A stretch of DNA of 64,000 nucleotides. Origin: Sporopachydermia quercuum. Lineage: Eukaryota. The notes under the pieces were generated by a model. That model ran no database searches and had not been told where the DNA came from. It saw only the letters and a list, made by a program, of their open reading frames with translations. The DNA lies in NCBI GenBank assembly GCA_001599295.1, contig BCGN01000006.1, positions 620,001-684,000 of the forward strand. The letters run 5' to 3'. Of the stretch, positions 50,666 to 63,401 are shown piece after piece; position 1 is the stretch's first letter, and each line of letters begins with the position of its first letter. Both the position numbers and the translations under genes were made by a program.

Positions 50666-51453
50666 TCAAAAGAACAAATAAGCGAAAAGGCCAACGACGC
50701 CAGCAGCAATCAAATACAAGACAAAGCTGATGAAAAGAATAGTTGTTAGTATTTAACTTCAATAGCCTGTGAGGTAATTACTATTCAAATTAAGTGACAA
50801 CTTACTAGTTCTTGCTTTCTCCTTCAATCACATCAACACCAGTAGCAGCAGCCTTAGAAGATTCGGTGGGCTGTTGATAAAAAACTGTTAGTAACAATTA
50901 TGTAATAAATGATACTTTCGATAACAATAATAAACAGTATTTGTAAGAGTAATTGTTGATAGATTGTTAACAAAGCTTTACCATGAATATTAAATACTTA
51001 CTTTAGAATCAGGAACAACACCAATAAGTAATGGTTCTAACATTTCTCTGGCATCTTCAGAATGTCCAATATCCTAATAATTTGTTAGTAGTTTGGTAGG
51101 AAACTTCTAATATCAACAATTGCTTCGTTCTCCAGAAACTCTTGTCCTCTTCATTTGTTCTGTGCTGCAAAACTTACTTCAAAAGCATCAGTAGCATCAA
51201 CTCCACCGCAGTCAATCATAACCTCTTCTCCACCACTGTCAAGCAAATAAGTTAATAAATAATCACCATTTGACCATTAAAACCTAAATAAAAATATCAA
51301 CTTCTCTGTCATTTTTCAATCGTCATTCACATACGGATGTTCATCAAGGAAGGATGTGGTGTCGTACACTTTTCCATTAATCACCATCCACAAGTCATCC
51401 CTGGTGTTATGCTGGGAAACTTCTTCAAATGTAAAGATTTTTTCTTCGGCCAT
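50666..51453 (-). CDS. CYB5: Cytochrome b5, 124 aa; exons 51453-51335, 51235-51178, 51073-51002, 50870-50806, 50726-50666
   Basis: Spliced [58 protein letters not shown] with a C-terminal TM anchor. Four canonical introns. Not in the ORF track. Confidence 0.93.
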
Positions 51454-54302
51454 TTTGAAATTGAGATCTATTTACAATGTGTTAGTTTCTTTCAAATGCA
51501 AGCAGTTGGTGCCAATGACAAGATACTATCATACGATTATATCAGTATGCTACTCATAAAACGCGAATAGTACCATGGGAAGTGTAAAAAGATTCAATAA
51601 ATATCATTCGATGACGGTTTTAATATACAAGATGGCAACACATAAACCTATTACTGTTTTCTTCTTTTCTCTTCAGCATAGAATCAATCAGTCGTCAGCT
51701 AACCTGGCCAATCAGCTACCTAACATTCATTCACCTTATGCATTCCTCTTCCACTATACTTACTTACCGTATGATACAAACTAGCAATCAACTAAACAAC
51801 TGACGAGCAGAAAATTTCCTAGTAGACCTAACCCACAATTGAATAAAGAAATGATAAGTTCTATGAATTCAAATCAATACTTCTATTGCATTAAGATCAG
51901 CCAGTTTTCTCAATTTTATAATTAAAAGACAACATCTACCCTATCAGTGAAAATAAAAAGTTAACTTGTGTATCAATCAAGTTTGATCGGATGTCGAATA
52001 TTTCACTGTCCGGAAGGAATGGGAAAAAGTTTACTTAATTGGGAAAGGAAAGTGGAGTCGGACAAAAAGTCCCAGGACCAGAAGGGTAGTGATATTGGGC
52101 AGATAGAGATACAGAGGAATGTGATGGCTATGGTTGGTTATATGACAACGATTAAGATATTTGAGGGAAAAAATAGTGCATGCATTGTAGAGTATTGGAT
52201 TAATTGGACGTTCATTGTTTTTGAAAAACCACAATGAAAAGCCAATGTTGTATGAAGATTGATATTTCTTAGTTCAGTACAATTGGATTGACATTGATCC
52301 GATAAGACAGAGGACACTTGTAATAGTAATATCTGGTCTCCAAGTTCAACGATTTATTACTTACAAAACTATCTAGGCTAGGGTTCGAAGTAAGTGTCCA
52401 ATTGTTCCGATTGTTAAGTTCTTGAGCTTAATTTGGTATAGCCTTCAAGATTTAAAACGTAGGAAATGTGGGTTTACCTACATCGGTAGTTGATATGAGA
52501 CCAGGAATGATTTTGTTTCGCATACAATAGCTTTCGCAATCTTTTTACAGTTTGTTTTATTTAATTTTGATTTATTTCTTGAGTGAGAATTAAAGGAATA
52601 CTTGACTTCCACAGCAGCGATTTAATAGAGCGCAGCTAATGTGAACATGGAAAGAAGAATATTGATTGAAAGAGAACTTTGCTATTGTCGGATATTAGGT
52701 ATTTGAATCATATCCTCTATCTTTTCTCTCTGTACCCTTCATCAACGGCTGCGCTGGTCAATTGTCCGAAGCATTTCGTTTCATAGATTAGCCTTATATA
52801 AAATCTCATTTAGTTAAGCAACACTCCTCATGTATATTTAATCATAATTGTATATAAATACACTTTGTCCTCTTTCACTAATCACCAACAGGTGTGCGCT
52901 TTGCTTGATAATATTCACGATCTACAGATTCTCCCTCGTAGAACATTACTTGCTTCTCAGCCAATGAAACAGGTCGGGAAATTGCTTATGGAATAGCTTT
53001 GTCCGTCAAATGTTTGATTAATATTACTTATTTGGGCAAGATAGGACATAGAAAAAGGACCCCATCCTAGTCTAGGAAAGTAAAACAAACATTCTTAAAA
53101 TGAGTAATGATTATCCCAAAAATGAAGGTGGGGGGAAAAGACCTACGTTTTATTTGCTGTTGAGATTGTAAGATGAAGGATTATTCTCTTGTGCGAGCCC
53201 GATTTCAATAGTGCAATTGCTGATATCTCCTACTCTTAATGGTTTATCATCAGTTATCTTACATATACCTCTCGCTGTATGGACAGCAATACTTTCGGAC
53301 AGAGACGGTTTATCAGAACTGCTATCAAAAATTACTAAACATAGAAATTGAATACATTGTAAAAGATGAAGTTTCTTTATCTACAGCTACAATTTTTCTC
53401 CCCCATTTTCCATCATTTCTTTTCCCTGTTCCTGAAAACTGATAAAGCCATGTTCAACTGTTGATATTTGCTTTTCCCTTTTATGGGCAAAATATCCCCC
53501 GTATGGACAGTGTACACAACCGAATTAATCATTTATAACCGGACAGTAGTTTGATGGAAGTTTGAAGCAGTTTGTTCGTGAAACAGTTTCAAACTATACT
53601 ACCACTTTTCTCAAGAAGTGGAGAAGTATATTCTGTTATGCATAAATAATATTGACAATTTGATACTAGTGTACTCAAACTCTTTATTATTTTGAGATTC
53701 TGACTTCAACAAACACAGTTCAATAGTTGTAAGTCTTTCTCTCTGGACAAGAAAATAAAGTTCTTTTTATGCATAAACCTGCATCATCAATTAAACTTTA
53801 CCTATTATTTGATCATATAATCGCTTGCTAAGTTTTGCTTATCTCCATCTTTGTTTCCTAAGCGAAGTGAGAATCTGTTAAGAGCAATGTTATTGATTCC
53901 TATCGTAATACAAATGTTACTGTTTGGAACTTACCAAGTTTCATATTAGGATTCAATATTAAAAATGTCAGAAACCGGTTGATTTTTTGGTGGCAGCGCA
54001 TTCTGGCTGTATTATGATCTGCTGGGAGGATAAAAAGAGTCAAAGGCGAATTACAGTGAGCACTACCAAAACCAGTATATGGATATTAAATCAGATGGAA
54101 TGAAGCTTTTGCTTGAAAAAGACTATTATTGAAAGCTCAAATTGATATTTTGACTAGCCAATTGCAGTCGGAAACTCTGGTGTAAACGCTTTAAATCCTA
54201 TAAATGCTACAATGTCCAAACTATGACTGTCTGACCGATTAAATTATATCCTATGGTACATCATATTCAACTCTGAGCAATTCCCACGTCGTACTAATCT
54301 AA

Positions 54303-55973
54303 TTATTTATATACAATCCTTGGATCATAAAACTCTGCTAAATTATTGTAAAACACATCTTGACATTCGACCAAGCCTGTTTCAGAAACATATTCACTCC
54401 AATGTCCAACAAGATTCTCGAGGACTTCTGGCTCCTTCTCAGCAAGATCAGTAGTCTCACCAGGGTCTTCCTTCAAATTGAATAACTGCCATTTGTTAGG
54501 TCCCAATGGTTCAGGAATGAACAAAGCCTTGTATTTACCCTTTCTCAGTGCTTGTTGAGCAAATAATTCCCAANCAACAATTGTTTCATCTCCATAGATA
54601 GTAACTGAATTACCTCTTAAATAAGGAACCCAAGATTTACCTCTCACTTTAGCAACTTCTCTTCCTCTGAATTGGGTACCAGGGTGATCAACACCAGCAA
54701 GTTCTAATACTGTAGGTAAAATATCCATAACAGTGTTGAACTCCGAACTAATGGAACCCTTTCCAAAGACATCATTCAGACCTGGATATCGAAGAATCAA
54801 AGGGCATCTAATTCCACCTTCTGAAGCCCAAAGTTTATACATGAAAGAAGGGGCAGTTGCAGCTTGCGCCCATTGATCTGAATAGTGTACAAATGAATCC
54901 TTGTTTCCAATATTCTCAAACCTATTATTATAATGTTTCATTACGTTGCCAAATGCCTTATCGTGTAAGGGTAAGGCTTCCAACATCATACCTTCAGCTC
55001 CATTGTCCGACATGAATACAATAAAAGTATTATCTAGTTCATTTAACTGTTCAAGTTTCTTGATGACTCTGCCAATATTAGTATCAAGGACTTCGATCAT
55101 TGCAGCATAAACTTCCATGATTCTGCTCTCTGTTTTTCTCTCATCTTCACTCAACTCAGTCCATGGCTTTCTGCCTTGACTAATAACTTCGTGAGGAACA
55201 ACTCCTTCAGGAACAATGCCTAATTTAACAGCATTGGCAAGTCTTTTTTGTCTTAATTCACCAGGACCATCGTCATAGACACCCTTGTACTTCTCAATGA
55301 TTTCCCGTGGTGCTTGATACGGCCAATGAGGCGCAGTGTAAGTGAGAGCACCAAAAAATGGTCTATTGTTTCTCTTTTCATGATCAATAAATTCTATAGC
55401 CTTGTCGGTGAAGTAATCTGTTGTATAGTAATCATCTGGTAGATCTTCGGGATCAAACTTTTCACCATCGGATTCGAACAAAGGGGGTAAAAAGTTTAAG
55501 TATTCACCATTTTCTTGTCTGGGAAAATACTTATAGTGATTTCCAGCCCCAGGAAGTAAACTGAACGTTTTCTCAAATCCTCTTTTAGATGGCCAGAAAG
55601 GTGGCAATAAGCCTAAATGCCATTTACCAGACAAGAAAGTATAGTAACCATTATCGTTTAAGATTTCTGGTAAAGCAGCGACTCTGAAGTTCAAGTATCC
55701 TTCATAACCAGGTTTACCATCGAAAAAGTCTTGAACGAATCCTCTAGCTTCGTTCATTTGGCCAACTCCTGCAATATGGTTATCAGTACCTGAGAAAAGC
55801 ATTGATCTTGTTGGAGAGCAAGCAGAGGCAGTGTGGAAATCGGTGAACCTGATACCATGTTTTGCTAGTTTTTCGATATTCGGGGTATTGATTTCACCGC
55901 CAAAAGCGCTGGTATCAGTGAATCCCAAATCATCCACAACGATAATAAGGAAGTTTGGTTGCTGTTTAGTCAT
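54303..55973 (-). CDS. Cys-type arylsulfatase, no signal peptide
   Basis: PNFLIIVVDDLG, SACSPTRSML (CxPxR), GKWHLG, YTAPHWP, MSDNG, EGGIRCP. First ATG at 55973. Confidence 0.92.
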   Translation of the reverse strand: MTKQQPNFLIIVVDDLGFTDTSAFGGEINTPNIEKLAKHGIRFTDFHTASACSPTRSMLFSGTDNHIAGVGQMNEARGFVQDFFDGKPGYEGYLNFRVAALPEILNDNGYYTFLSGKWHLGLLPPFWPSKRGFEKTFSLLPGAGNHYKYFPRQENGEYLNFLPPLFESDGEKFDPEDLPDDYYTTDYFTDKAIEFIDHEKRNNRPFFGALTYTAPHWPYQAPREIIEKYKGVYDDGPGELRQKRLANAVKLGIVPEGVVPHEVISQGRKPWTELSEDERKTESRIMEVYAAMIEVLDTNIGRVIKKLEQLNELDNTFIVFMSDNGAEGMMLEALPLHDKAFGNVMKHYNNRFENIGNKDSFVHYSDQWAQAATAPSFMYKLWASEGGIRCPLILRYPGLNDVFGKGSISSEFNTVMDILPTVLELAGVDHPGTQFRGREVAKVRGKSWVPYLRGNSVTIYGDETIVXWELFAQQALRKGKYKALFIPEPLGPNKWQLFNLKEDPGETTDLAEKEPEVLENLVGHWSEYVSETGLVECQDVFYNNLAEFYDPRIVYK

Positions 55974-56286
55974 CGTAAACAAGTTGCTTCACGAAATAAT
56001 CAACGAAAAATTAATCTACTAAGATACANTCCTGAGAAGAGTAGAATCAGTGTATCAAACAAAAATCAATCATCTCAACTGATCCAGCTCATGTAGAGGA
56101 ATCAACCATCTCTACAGTGGCAGCATGGTATCCATAAATATACAATCAACCAAAGAGAGCATCCATTACCGACAACTCCTACGTAGATGAAAATGTGTTC
56201 AGCATTGAACACTTCGTTATTCAAATCGCCGAAATAAAACAAACAATTAAGAACAATTTAGGAAAATGGTGTTGATACAAGCAAAT

Positions 56287-56294
56287 TCACGTGA
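56287..56294. promoter_or_regulatory. Cbf1 site TCACGTGA upstream of the arylsulfatase
   Basis: Exact consensus ~315 bp upstream of the ATG; Cbf1/Met4 regulate sulfur genes in yeasts. Confidence 0.5.
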
Positions 56295-56817
56295 TAATTT
56301 CTGGTTTAAAAGGGATAAGGGTCAATATTATTATAGACTGTGTAGCGAAGATCTCCACTGTCGGATTTTCGGTATTATGAAGCATGTCACATCTTCCATC
56401 AATGAACTCTAGTATTAACCTAGACAAATGTAATGTGTGGCTTTTATTACACATATTACTTATAGCATTAGAAACTGTTAGTATACCTATTATCCTTTCG
56501 TTTGTATATGTATATATGTATGTATTTAGATAGATTCTCAAGGATTAGAGTTAGTTAGTGAAAATCACACTTCATATCTGCTGTTACATCTGTTATTGGA
56601 CAAAAATATTGTTATTATGGGAAACTAAAAAAGTGTAAGAAATAAGAAGAATGAGAGGTGATAGATGAAGAGAGGGATCTCTCGTTTAATAGTAATCACT
56701 GTTGAAAAAAAGACTTTGCTAATAGATTCTACAGCATATTTACTGGGTTCTATGTGATACTAAGTAAAATGCAGTTTCATAAGATTGAAGATACAGTTAT
56801 TGAATAATACATAGAAA

Positions 56818-57756
56818 TCAAGTCATCAGAGATTCATCTAGTTTTATACCCATTTCTAACAACTTCTCGAAACGACTCTTACGTCTATCAGCTTCTTTCC
56901 TTTTTAGAATATCAATTTTTGCCACAGATTTCTTTGAATCGTTTCTGAACTTTGAAATGGATTTCCAAGGCAAAACTTTGAATTTTTCATTAGAGCCAAT
57001 GAACATCTTCTCGATATAAACGTTGAAATCTTCTTCTGTCGATACTGTCTCAGGAGTGACCAGATTCACTTTGAGAATATGTCCAAACAATAGGTAGTTG
57101 TTCATTGTTTCCGCAGCGACTTTTGCAACTTCAGCATCTTTAAATTCTATGAAAGCGTAATGTTTTGGCTTACCAGTTTTCTTATTACGTGAGAGTCGAA
57201 GTCTTGCTATTTCACCAAATTGTCCAAAATAGCTTTTCATCTATGAGTATTTGTTAGTATGAGTCGATCAAACAAATATAATTTTCAGCGATCATCATTT
57301 CAATATTATACCTACTTCTTTTTCATAGAATCCATGAGGTATCCTGCCTATATAAATAACACCACGCTTATCTGATTTAGCATTTGGTTTTTTTATTTGA
57401 CCTTTCAACTTCTTCATTTCTCGTTCATACTCTTCGGCATTGATACCGCTGATCTCCTCTTCCTCTTCCTCTTCTCCATCTTCTTCTTGATCGTCATTTA
57501 ATTCTTCTTCTTCTTCTTCTTCTTCTTCTTTCTCTTCTTCGTCTTCTCCATTGTTATTTTCATCATTCTCGTTCTCACTTCCACTTTCGTCTTCATTTTC
57601 ACTCACTTCATCATCGGTACTCTCAAATCCTGCAAATTCCTCATCTGACACTTCAACCTGTTCGAAATCTTCTTCTTTCGCTAGTTGAGCTTTGGCTTTT
57701 GCCTTAGCCTTAGCCTTTACTTTAGCTTGAGCTTGAATACTTCCTTTAGGTGCCAT
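56818..57756 (-). CDS. NOP15: 60S biogenesis RRM protein; intron 57315-57241 with GTAGGT donor
   Basis: GVIYIGRIPHGFYEKE|MKSYFGQFG..RLSRNKKTG...AETMNNYLLFGH; acidic N-terminus; TACTAAC branch. Confidence 0.92.
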
Positions 57757-57993
57757 TGCAACTGTGTATCGCCTATATCTGTTTATTATCTAAACACTTC
57801 ACTATTCCCCAATACAATATCAATTGTTTCGTTTACTAATAAATCCCCTGTTTCAACTTATATAATCCTTCGACNTAAAAGAATAAATAGTTTAGCTCCC
57901 GTGCTATTATCTTACTCTAAGCTGAACATAAACTTCTTTCTCATCTACTACTCCTGCTAAATAAAATTTTTGATAGTAATATAAAGCCCTGTT

Positions 57994-58001
57994 CCGGGTA
58001 A
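57994..58001 (+). promoter_or_regulatory. Reb1-type site CCGGGTAA upstream of NOP15
   Basis: Exact consensus, with an RRPE-like AAAATTTTT at ~57963. Confidence 0.45.
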
Positions 58002-58168
58002 TGAAACTTTACATAGTCTAATCTCCACATAGTAGTAGTAAATAAGGAGAAGACAACTCCATCCATTGAGAAGAATCCTCCAGATGAAAAGACGAAAGCC
58101 TATGAAAAAAATATTTCATAGGGGAAAACGTAAAAATACAAGCGCAAAAGAATTAATTTCAAAAAAGA

Positions 58169-58239
58169 TGCGTCAGCCCGGAGTCGAACCGGGGGCTCTT
58201 CGATGGCAACGAAGAATTTTACCGCTAAACCACTAACGC
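58169..58239 (-). tRNA. tRNA-Gly(GCC), 71 nt, no intron
   Basis: GCGTTAG/CTGACGC acceptor stem, anticodon arm CTTCG-TTGCCAT-CGAAG, GTTCGAC T-loop, T-run terminator. Confidence 0.96.
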
Positions 58240-58926
58240 TTATATGCTGTTCTCACGNTATTTGACTATTAGTATAGATATTAGTGAGAGAATGTTTTTC
58301 TCTAACCGGAAGATAAACAAAAGGAATGAGTGTCTGTTATAATGACGGCACAAAGTTGATAGATACTTGTTAGTTAAACTGGACTTCTATCAATTTAATA
58401 AATCAATTGTGTGTTCTAGTTATAAATTTGACANTTCTCCGTGCAACCAGTGCTTTGAAGAGTAAGTCAAGCGGTAAAGCAGTCCAGAAAGTCTATTAGT
58501 AGGTAAGAAGCATAAGCATCTGTTTCTTTCTCTTCTTTCTTACTACTTGATTTCTACAAGCTATGGGGAAATGGATCAAAACGTTCCTGATAAAAGCAGA
58601 TAATTTCAATAAAACACTTGCATAGGTTTTACTCTAATTATCAACAATACCCTTTTTCATCTAAGTGTTTTCTTAACTGTTTGTTCGCTGCTGATTGAAG
58701 ATTGGCTGATCTAGGTCAAACGATGTATGATAGAAACAGTCTGATTGATAGGATAGTTGTTGGGCAATCAAGTAGAATATTCAATCAACATGTTTATTAG
58801 TTGAGTCAATTCTATTTTGCCTTATATTCATTTTCTTCTGTATGATCTCATGACTGCCAAGCAACTATACTCTAGTGTTCTGTTCATATCAACATTCATA
58901 TATCTATCTATTCAGAACTCAGACCT

Positions 58927-60265
58927 ATGTCGCAATCATTAACGAAATCTGTGATTTCATGCTCTGATGCTTCAGCAAAAGGGAAATCAAGGAAGATCCA
59001 TAAAATCCTTAATAAATCCATACATAACTCGGTCTTTCCTCCTTTTTACTGTGTATATTTATTACAGTCGGTTGCTAAACCCAGATCATTTTATATAGGA
59101 TCAACAAATGATCCGGTAAGAAGGTTAAGGCAACANAATGGTCTTATTAAAGGAGGAGCGTATAAAACGAAAAGAAATGGATGGAGACCTTGGAAAATGA
59201 TTATTAATGTATGGGGATTTCCGTCAAAAGTATCTGCGCTTCAATTTGAGTAAGTATTGATGAACTGATTGCAAGTATTGGTATGATTATTCTTATGTAG
59301 ATGTTTATTTACAACTTCAATTAACATTTAACATAGGCATGCATGGCAACATCCACATTTAACAAGACTGATTCCAAGCGAAGATAGAATAATCAAAAGC
59401 CAAGGAAGAAAACTGAAAGGAACACGATCATTGGATAATCATTTAGGGAATCTTCGTCTGTTACTAAGAAATGAGCCGTTTTGTAGATTGGATATGACCA
59501 TTCGTTTTCCGAATACTAATTTAGGTCTTGATACGCTTGAAAACAAAGCAGTAAAAGAGAAAACGATGCCAGAAAATGATAGTCTTGATGATAATGTAGC
59601 TGAAAGTGCAACCGATGAACATCTGACTGACAGCCACGAGTCTAATGAGTATACGCCTAACAAAGTGAATGATTTCAATCGAAACGTTTACGATAAATGG
59701 ATAGAAAACAAATATAAAATCAAATGCTCTCCGGGGATAAAAATTGATTTTGAAGCTATTAATAATACTCAAGGTAAGTAGTATCAAGTGAATGCTTGAA
59801 ATTATTGTTGATTATTTCGAGGACTTCGAAATTAATTACGTGAATGATGTAATATACAAGTACCTTTTTTGATTGATTCTAACAGCTAGTTCAGTTGATT
59901 CTCGNGTTGTCAATAAAGTAGAACATATTATAAATATGGTGAATATCTCTGCTTCTCATAAATGTTACGGCTGTAATGATGAGGTTACTCCTGTCAACTT
60001 TATTGCATCCTGTACAAGTGCAACCTGTTCATATCTCTGGCATTTGACTTGTCTAGCACAGTATCTAAAGGATCATAACAGTAGCAGTGGCAATAGAACT
60101 TCAAACAGTCTACAACAGATAATACCTATCAATAATTGTTCTTCAAGTAGTTCTACAAATAAGTCTACAAATGATTCGACAAATATTTGTCCATGTGGAC
60201 AAATATTTGTTTGGAGTAAAACTGCTCAAATTTCAGAATATGTTTATAGTTATTTCAATCAGTAA
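58927..60265 (+). CDS. SLX1: GIY-YIG structure-specific endonuclease; introns 59250-59336 and 59774-~59894
   Basis: [46 protein letters not shown]-terminal RING/PHD (CYGC..WHLTCLA..CPC). The second acceptor may be 59885 or 59894, both in frame. Confidence 0.88.
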
Positions 60266-60479
60266 TTCACAAATGAGCTTATGAACAAGGACACATTTTT
60301 ATCATTTTATTATAAATATAGGTCTACTGGTATTACTTCAACTATTCACTGTACTTTAGCTTCATATTTACTCTCTTTTGATACATTACATAGACGTATA
60401 AATGTCTATATCTATGAATATTTATATAAGGTAATCCTCATTCTTTCTTTTGTCAATTCAACATTTCATTATAAAAACT

Positions 60480-63401
60480 TTAGTTAATTTTAATTGACCA
60501 ATCATCAACAATGTTCACTTTGGGGTCTCTTATCACATATACATTTGAGACGTATTCAATTTCACCATTGAATGACCTCTCATGCTTCTTAATGCTTGTT
60601 TTCCAAGTCTCACCATTCTGCCTAACAGACACACTTCCTTCTGGTAATTCAGTACCAATAATGACAACCCTCTCAACACGGACATTATGCTGAAGCAACG
60701 ACCGAACAAAAGATCCTCTCTGGGCTTTGGTTGATTCTTCAGCACTATCTTCTTGCTTGTTTTCAGAGGTAATCATCCCGTCTTCATATTTAAACTGTTT
60801 ATAGACATAATCACCAGTTTCATAGCCATAAGACTTACCATCATCAATGTATAGGCTTCCATTAGCTATGCCTTCTTTGTTAACAATAACAATTAATGTA
60901 TAAGGATCAAATGTCATAAGTTCAGCACTTCTTCTGTATCGTTCTTTCNTAGGAACAACATAACCGGCTTTATACAAAATAGGAATTCTGTTCAAAGGGG
61001 CTTCTATTTCATATTTGGTACTGCCAGCATAATGAGTATAGTCATAATAGTTGTAATAGTCATCTACTTCATAAGGAACATTGATAACAACGGAGTGAGC
61101 ATTCTCATCAGTCACAGGCTTGACCAAAATACCAGTTTCGCCAAGGATCACTTGATCTTCTATTCGATACACTCGTAAAGCTTCAGGGTATTCATACACC
61201 ATTGGTCTAACAATAGGATCACCGTATACGAACGCTGTGTAAAACGCGGTATACCAAGCAGGTAGTAAAGAATATCTGATTCTAACAGCTTCACGCATAA
61301 TAGAAGTGAAGGGCTCACCTGCAATCCACGGTTCTCTTCTCTTTGAATCTATATGGGCATGAGCTCTAAAGAAAGGGTACCAAATGCCTGCTTGATACCA
61401 TCGAGTGAGCAACTCTTTACTAGGATCACCAAAAAATCCACCAACATCTGAACCTGAAAATGGCATACCAGAAATACCTTGAGTAAGCAGCATTGGTAAT
61501 GATATCTTGAGATACTCCCATTTAGACATATTGTCTCCACTCCACATAGCAGCAGATCTCTGAGAACCCGCAAAATAAGACCTGGTTAAAACAAAAGGCC
61601 TGGTTTTATCGTCTTCGCCAAACCGTGTAATTAATGCATCTGCTGTGCTGTTATGTACAGTCAATCCATATAAGTTATGAACACTGCGATGCTCCCAGTT
61701 GCCCGCATGAATACTGTCTTTAGGCATAGTAGTCTCTGGACCATTAAATACAGATGGTTCATTCATATCGTTCCAAATGAATATATTCCTATGTTTCCTG
61801 CACAAATTTTCACCATATTTGTAGAGAGATTCCCAATACTTTCTAGCCTTTTCGCCAAAAGTGTCTATCCAAACAGATTCACCAGGCCAGCAATGCCCAT
61901 GGTATGTATCACCTTGAGAATTCAACACTGCTAGTTTCTTATCGGCAATAGTTTTGTACACATCGTAGTCTGGAGCTACCTTTATATGAGGATCTATAAT
62001 AGCCACCAGTTTTCTTTTGACTTCATCAAGCCTATCTAACATATAATCAGGATCACCAAATGTCTCAGGCTTCCAAGTGAAATATTTCTTATCGTCAGTG
62101 TATTCAATATCAAGCCATAGAACATCATTGGGTAGGCCATATTTATCCATATTAGCCGACACCTCTAGTACATCTTCTTGGTCGTTGTAATTCCATCTAC
62201 ACTGATGGTATCCTAAGGAAAACAGCTGTGGTAAAGCTGTAGTTCCTGCTAGGGAAGCATAGGAACGAATGACAGATTTGGGAGTAGGCCCAATCATTAC
62301 AATGAAGTCCAAGACACCATTTTCAGAGATCCAATGTGTAATGGTGCTCTCTTTATTAGCGACATTTCGGTATTTCTGAATATCAACGTAGGTATCAGCA
62401 GCGTTGAGCCAAAATAGGCCAACGGTGACATTAGGCTTATAAGCTTGCATCAAAGGAATTGATCCATACATAGGTAGAACGCTGTTCGTAGTGTATTCAA
62501 ATATATCAACGTTGTAGAGTCTATAGGGCTGGTTATGAGTATTATCGTTGCTATCATCAGCTGAGGAAATTCCTGTTTCTTTTAATGCAAATGAATCACT
62601 ATGCTCGGGTATACCATATACATTACTATAGCCAGGGAAATTGAAATCAACAGCAACTGACTCTGGGCCAATAACACGTTTCTCTCCAGAAGAGTCCTTA
62701 AACGAGTCTTTCCACATGTCATCGCTGATTTCCAACTCTGACAATGTTTCATCAATAGCTTCTTCTTCAGATTTAGCTCTAAAGTGCTCAATATTCAGTA
62801 ATCCCAGCTGATTGACCCCTAGTTGTAGTTCTCCTTTATAATAGAACACCAGTTTGAACGGATTAAACGTCAAGTGGAACTCATAATTGTTGTCCTCACC
62901 GTAGCTTGCTATCAAACTAGAGGAGTCCTCGCTGAAGCTGTATTGGGCTGCTGATGGTTTGACCCCATTTGTTAGAACCCATTTCTCAGCTTCGTTGTAC
63001 CTTTGTTTCCGAACAAGATTATTTATCAGATCTGCGCCCTGGCGAGCTTTTTCATCAGCAGTGAATCTGACAGTGTTGTCCTGTAGTACTGTTAGTTTGA
63101 AAGGGAATTCCACCAGTTCTGACGTTGGTAGCTGCTTGAAAACTGTACCTGTGAGAGTACCATCGTGTTGTAAGTTGATAGATAGCTCATCAGGGTTGAT
63201 GAAATAAGGAGACTTGAAAGTTCTACCAAGGTTTGCTATTTGGCTGGCATAGTGTCTATTTCTTTTACAGAATCCTGATTGTTCGCAGGACTTGAATAGG
63301 TATTCTTTGACTGCTAGAGACTGTNGAGGAAATAGAACTAAGCATATAGTGAGTATGGTTATGAACTTGATACCAAATATGTGATTGATCTTTGACAGCA
63401 T
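60480..63401 (-). CDS. ROT2: ER glucosidase II alpha subunit (GH31)
   Basis: Signal peptide, CEQSGFCKRNR, YGIPEH, GYHQCRWNY, catalytic WNDMNEPSVF, WSGDN, FFRAHAH. Confidence 0.95.
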   Translation of the reverse strand: MLSKINHIFGIKFITILTICLVLFPXQSLAVKEYLFKSCEQSGFCKRNRHYASQIANLGRTFKSPYFINPDELSINLQHDGTLTGTVFKQLPTSELVEFPFKLTVLQDNTVRFTADEKARQGADLINNLVRKQRYNEAEKWVLTNGVKPSAAQYSFSEDSSSLIASYGEDNNYEFHLTFNPFKLVFYYKGELQLGVNQLGLLNIEHFRAKSEEEAIDETLSELEISDDMWKDSFKDSSGEKRVIGPESVAVDFNFPGYSNVYGIPEHSDSFALKETGISSADDSNDNTHNQPYRLYNVDIFEYTTNSVLPMYGSIPLMQAYKPNVTVGLFWLNAADTYVDIQKYRNVANKESTITHWISENGVLDFIVMIGPTPKSVIRSYASLAGTTALPQLFSLGYHQCRWNYNDQEDVLEVSANMDKYGLPNDVLWLDIEYTDDKKYFTWKPETFGDPDYMLDRLDEVKRKLVAIIDPHIKVAPDYDVYKTIADKKLAVLNSQGDTYHGHCWPGESVWIDTFGEKARKYWESLYKYGENLCRKHRNIFIWNDMNEPSVFNGPETTMPKDSIHAGNWEHRSVHNLYGLTVHNSTADALITRFGEDDKTRPFVLTRSYFAGSQRSAAMWSGDNMSKWEYLKISLPMLLTQGISGMPFSGSDVGGFFGDPSKELLTRWYQAGIWYPFFRAHAHIDSKRREPWIAGEPFTSIMREAVRIRYSLLPAWYTAFYTAFVYGDPIVRPMVYEYPEALRVYRIEDQVILGETGILVKPVTDENAHSVVINVPYEVDDYYNYYDYTHYAGSTKYEIEAPLNRIPILYKAGYVVPXKERYRRSAELMTFDPYTLIVIVNKEGIANGSLYIDDGKSYGYETGDYVYKQFKYEDGMITSENKQEDSAEESTKAQRGSFVRSLLQHNVRVERVVIIGTELPEGSVSVRQNGETWKTSIKKHERSFNGEIEYVSNVYVIRDPKVNIVDDWSIKIN

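Noticed and set aside
52064..52078. AAAAGTCCCAGGA resembling an RNase P/MRP CR-I
   Set aside because: No matching CR-V or P1; the real MRP is at 42.5-42.8 kb.
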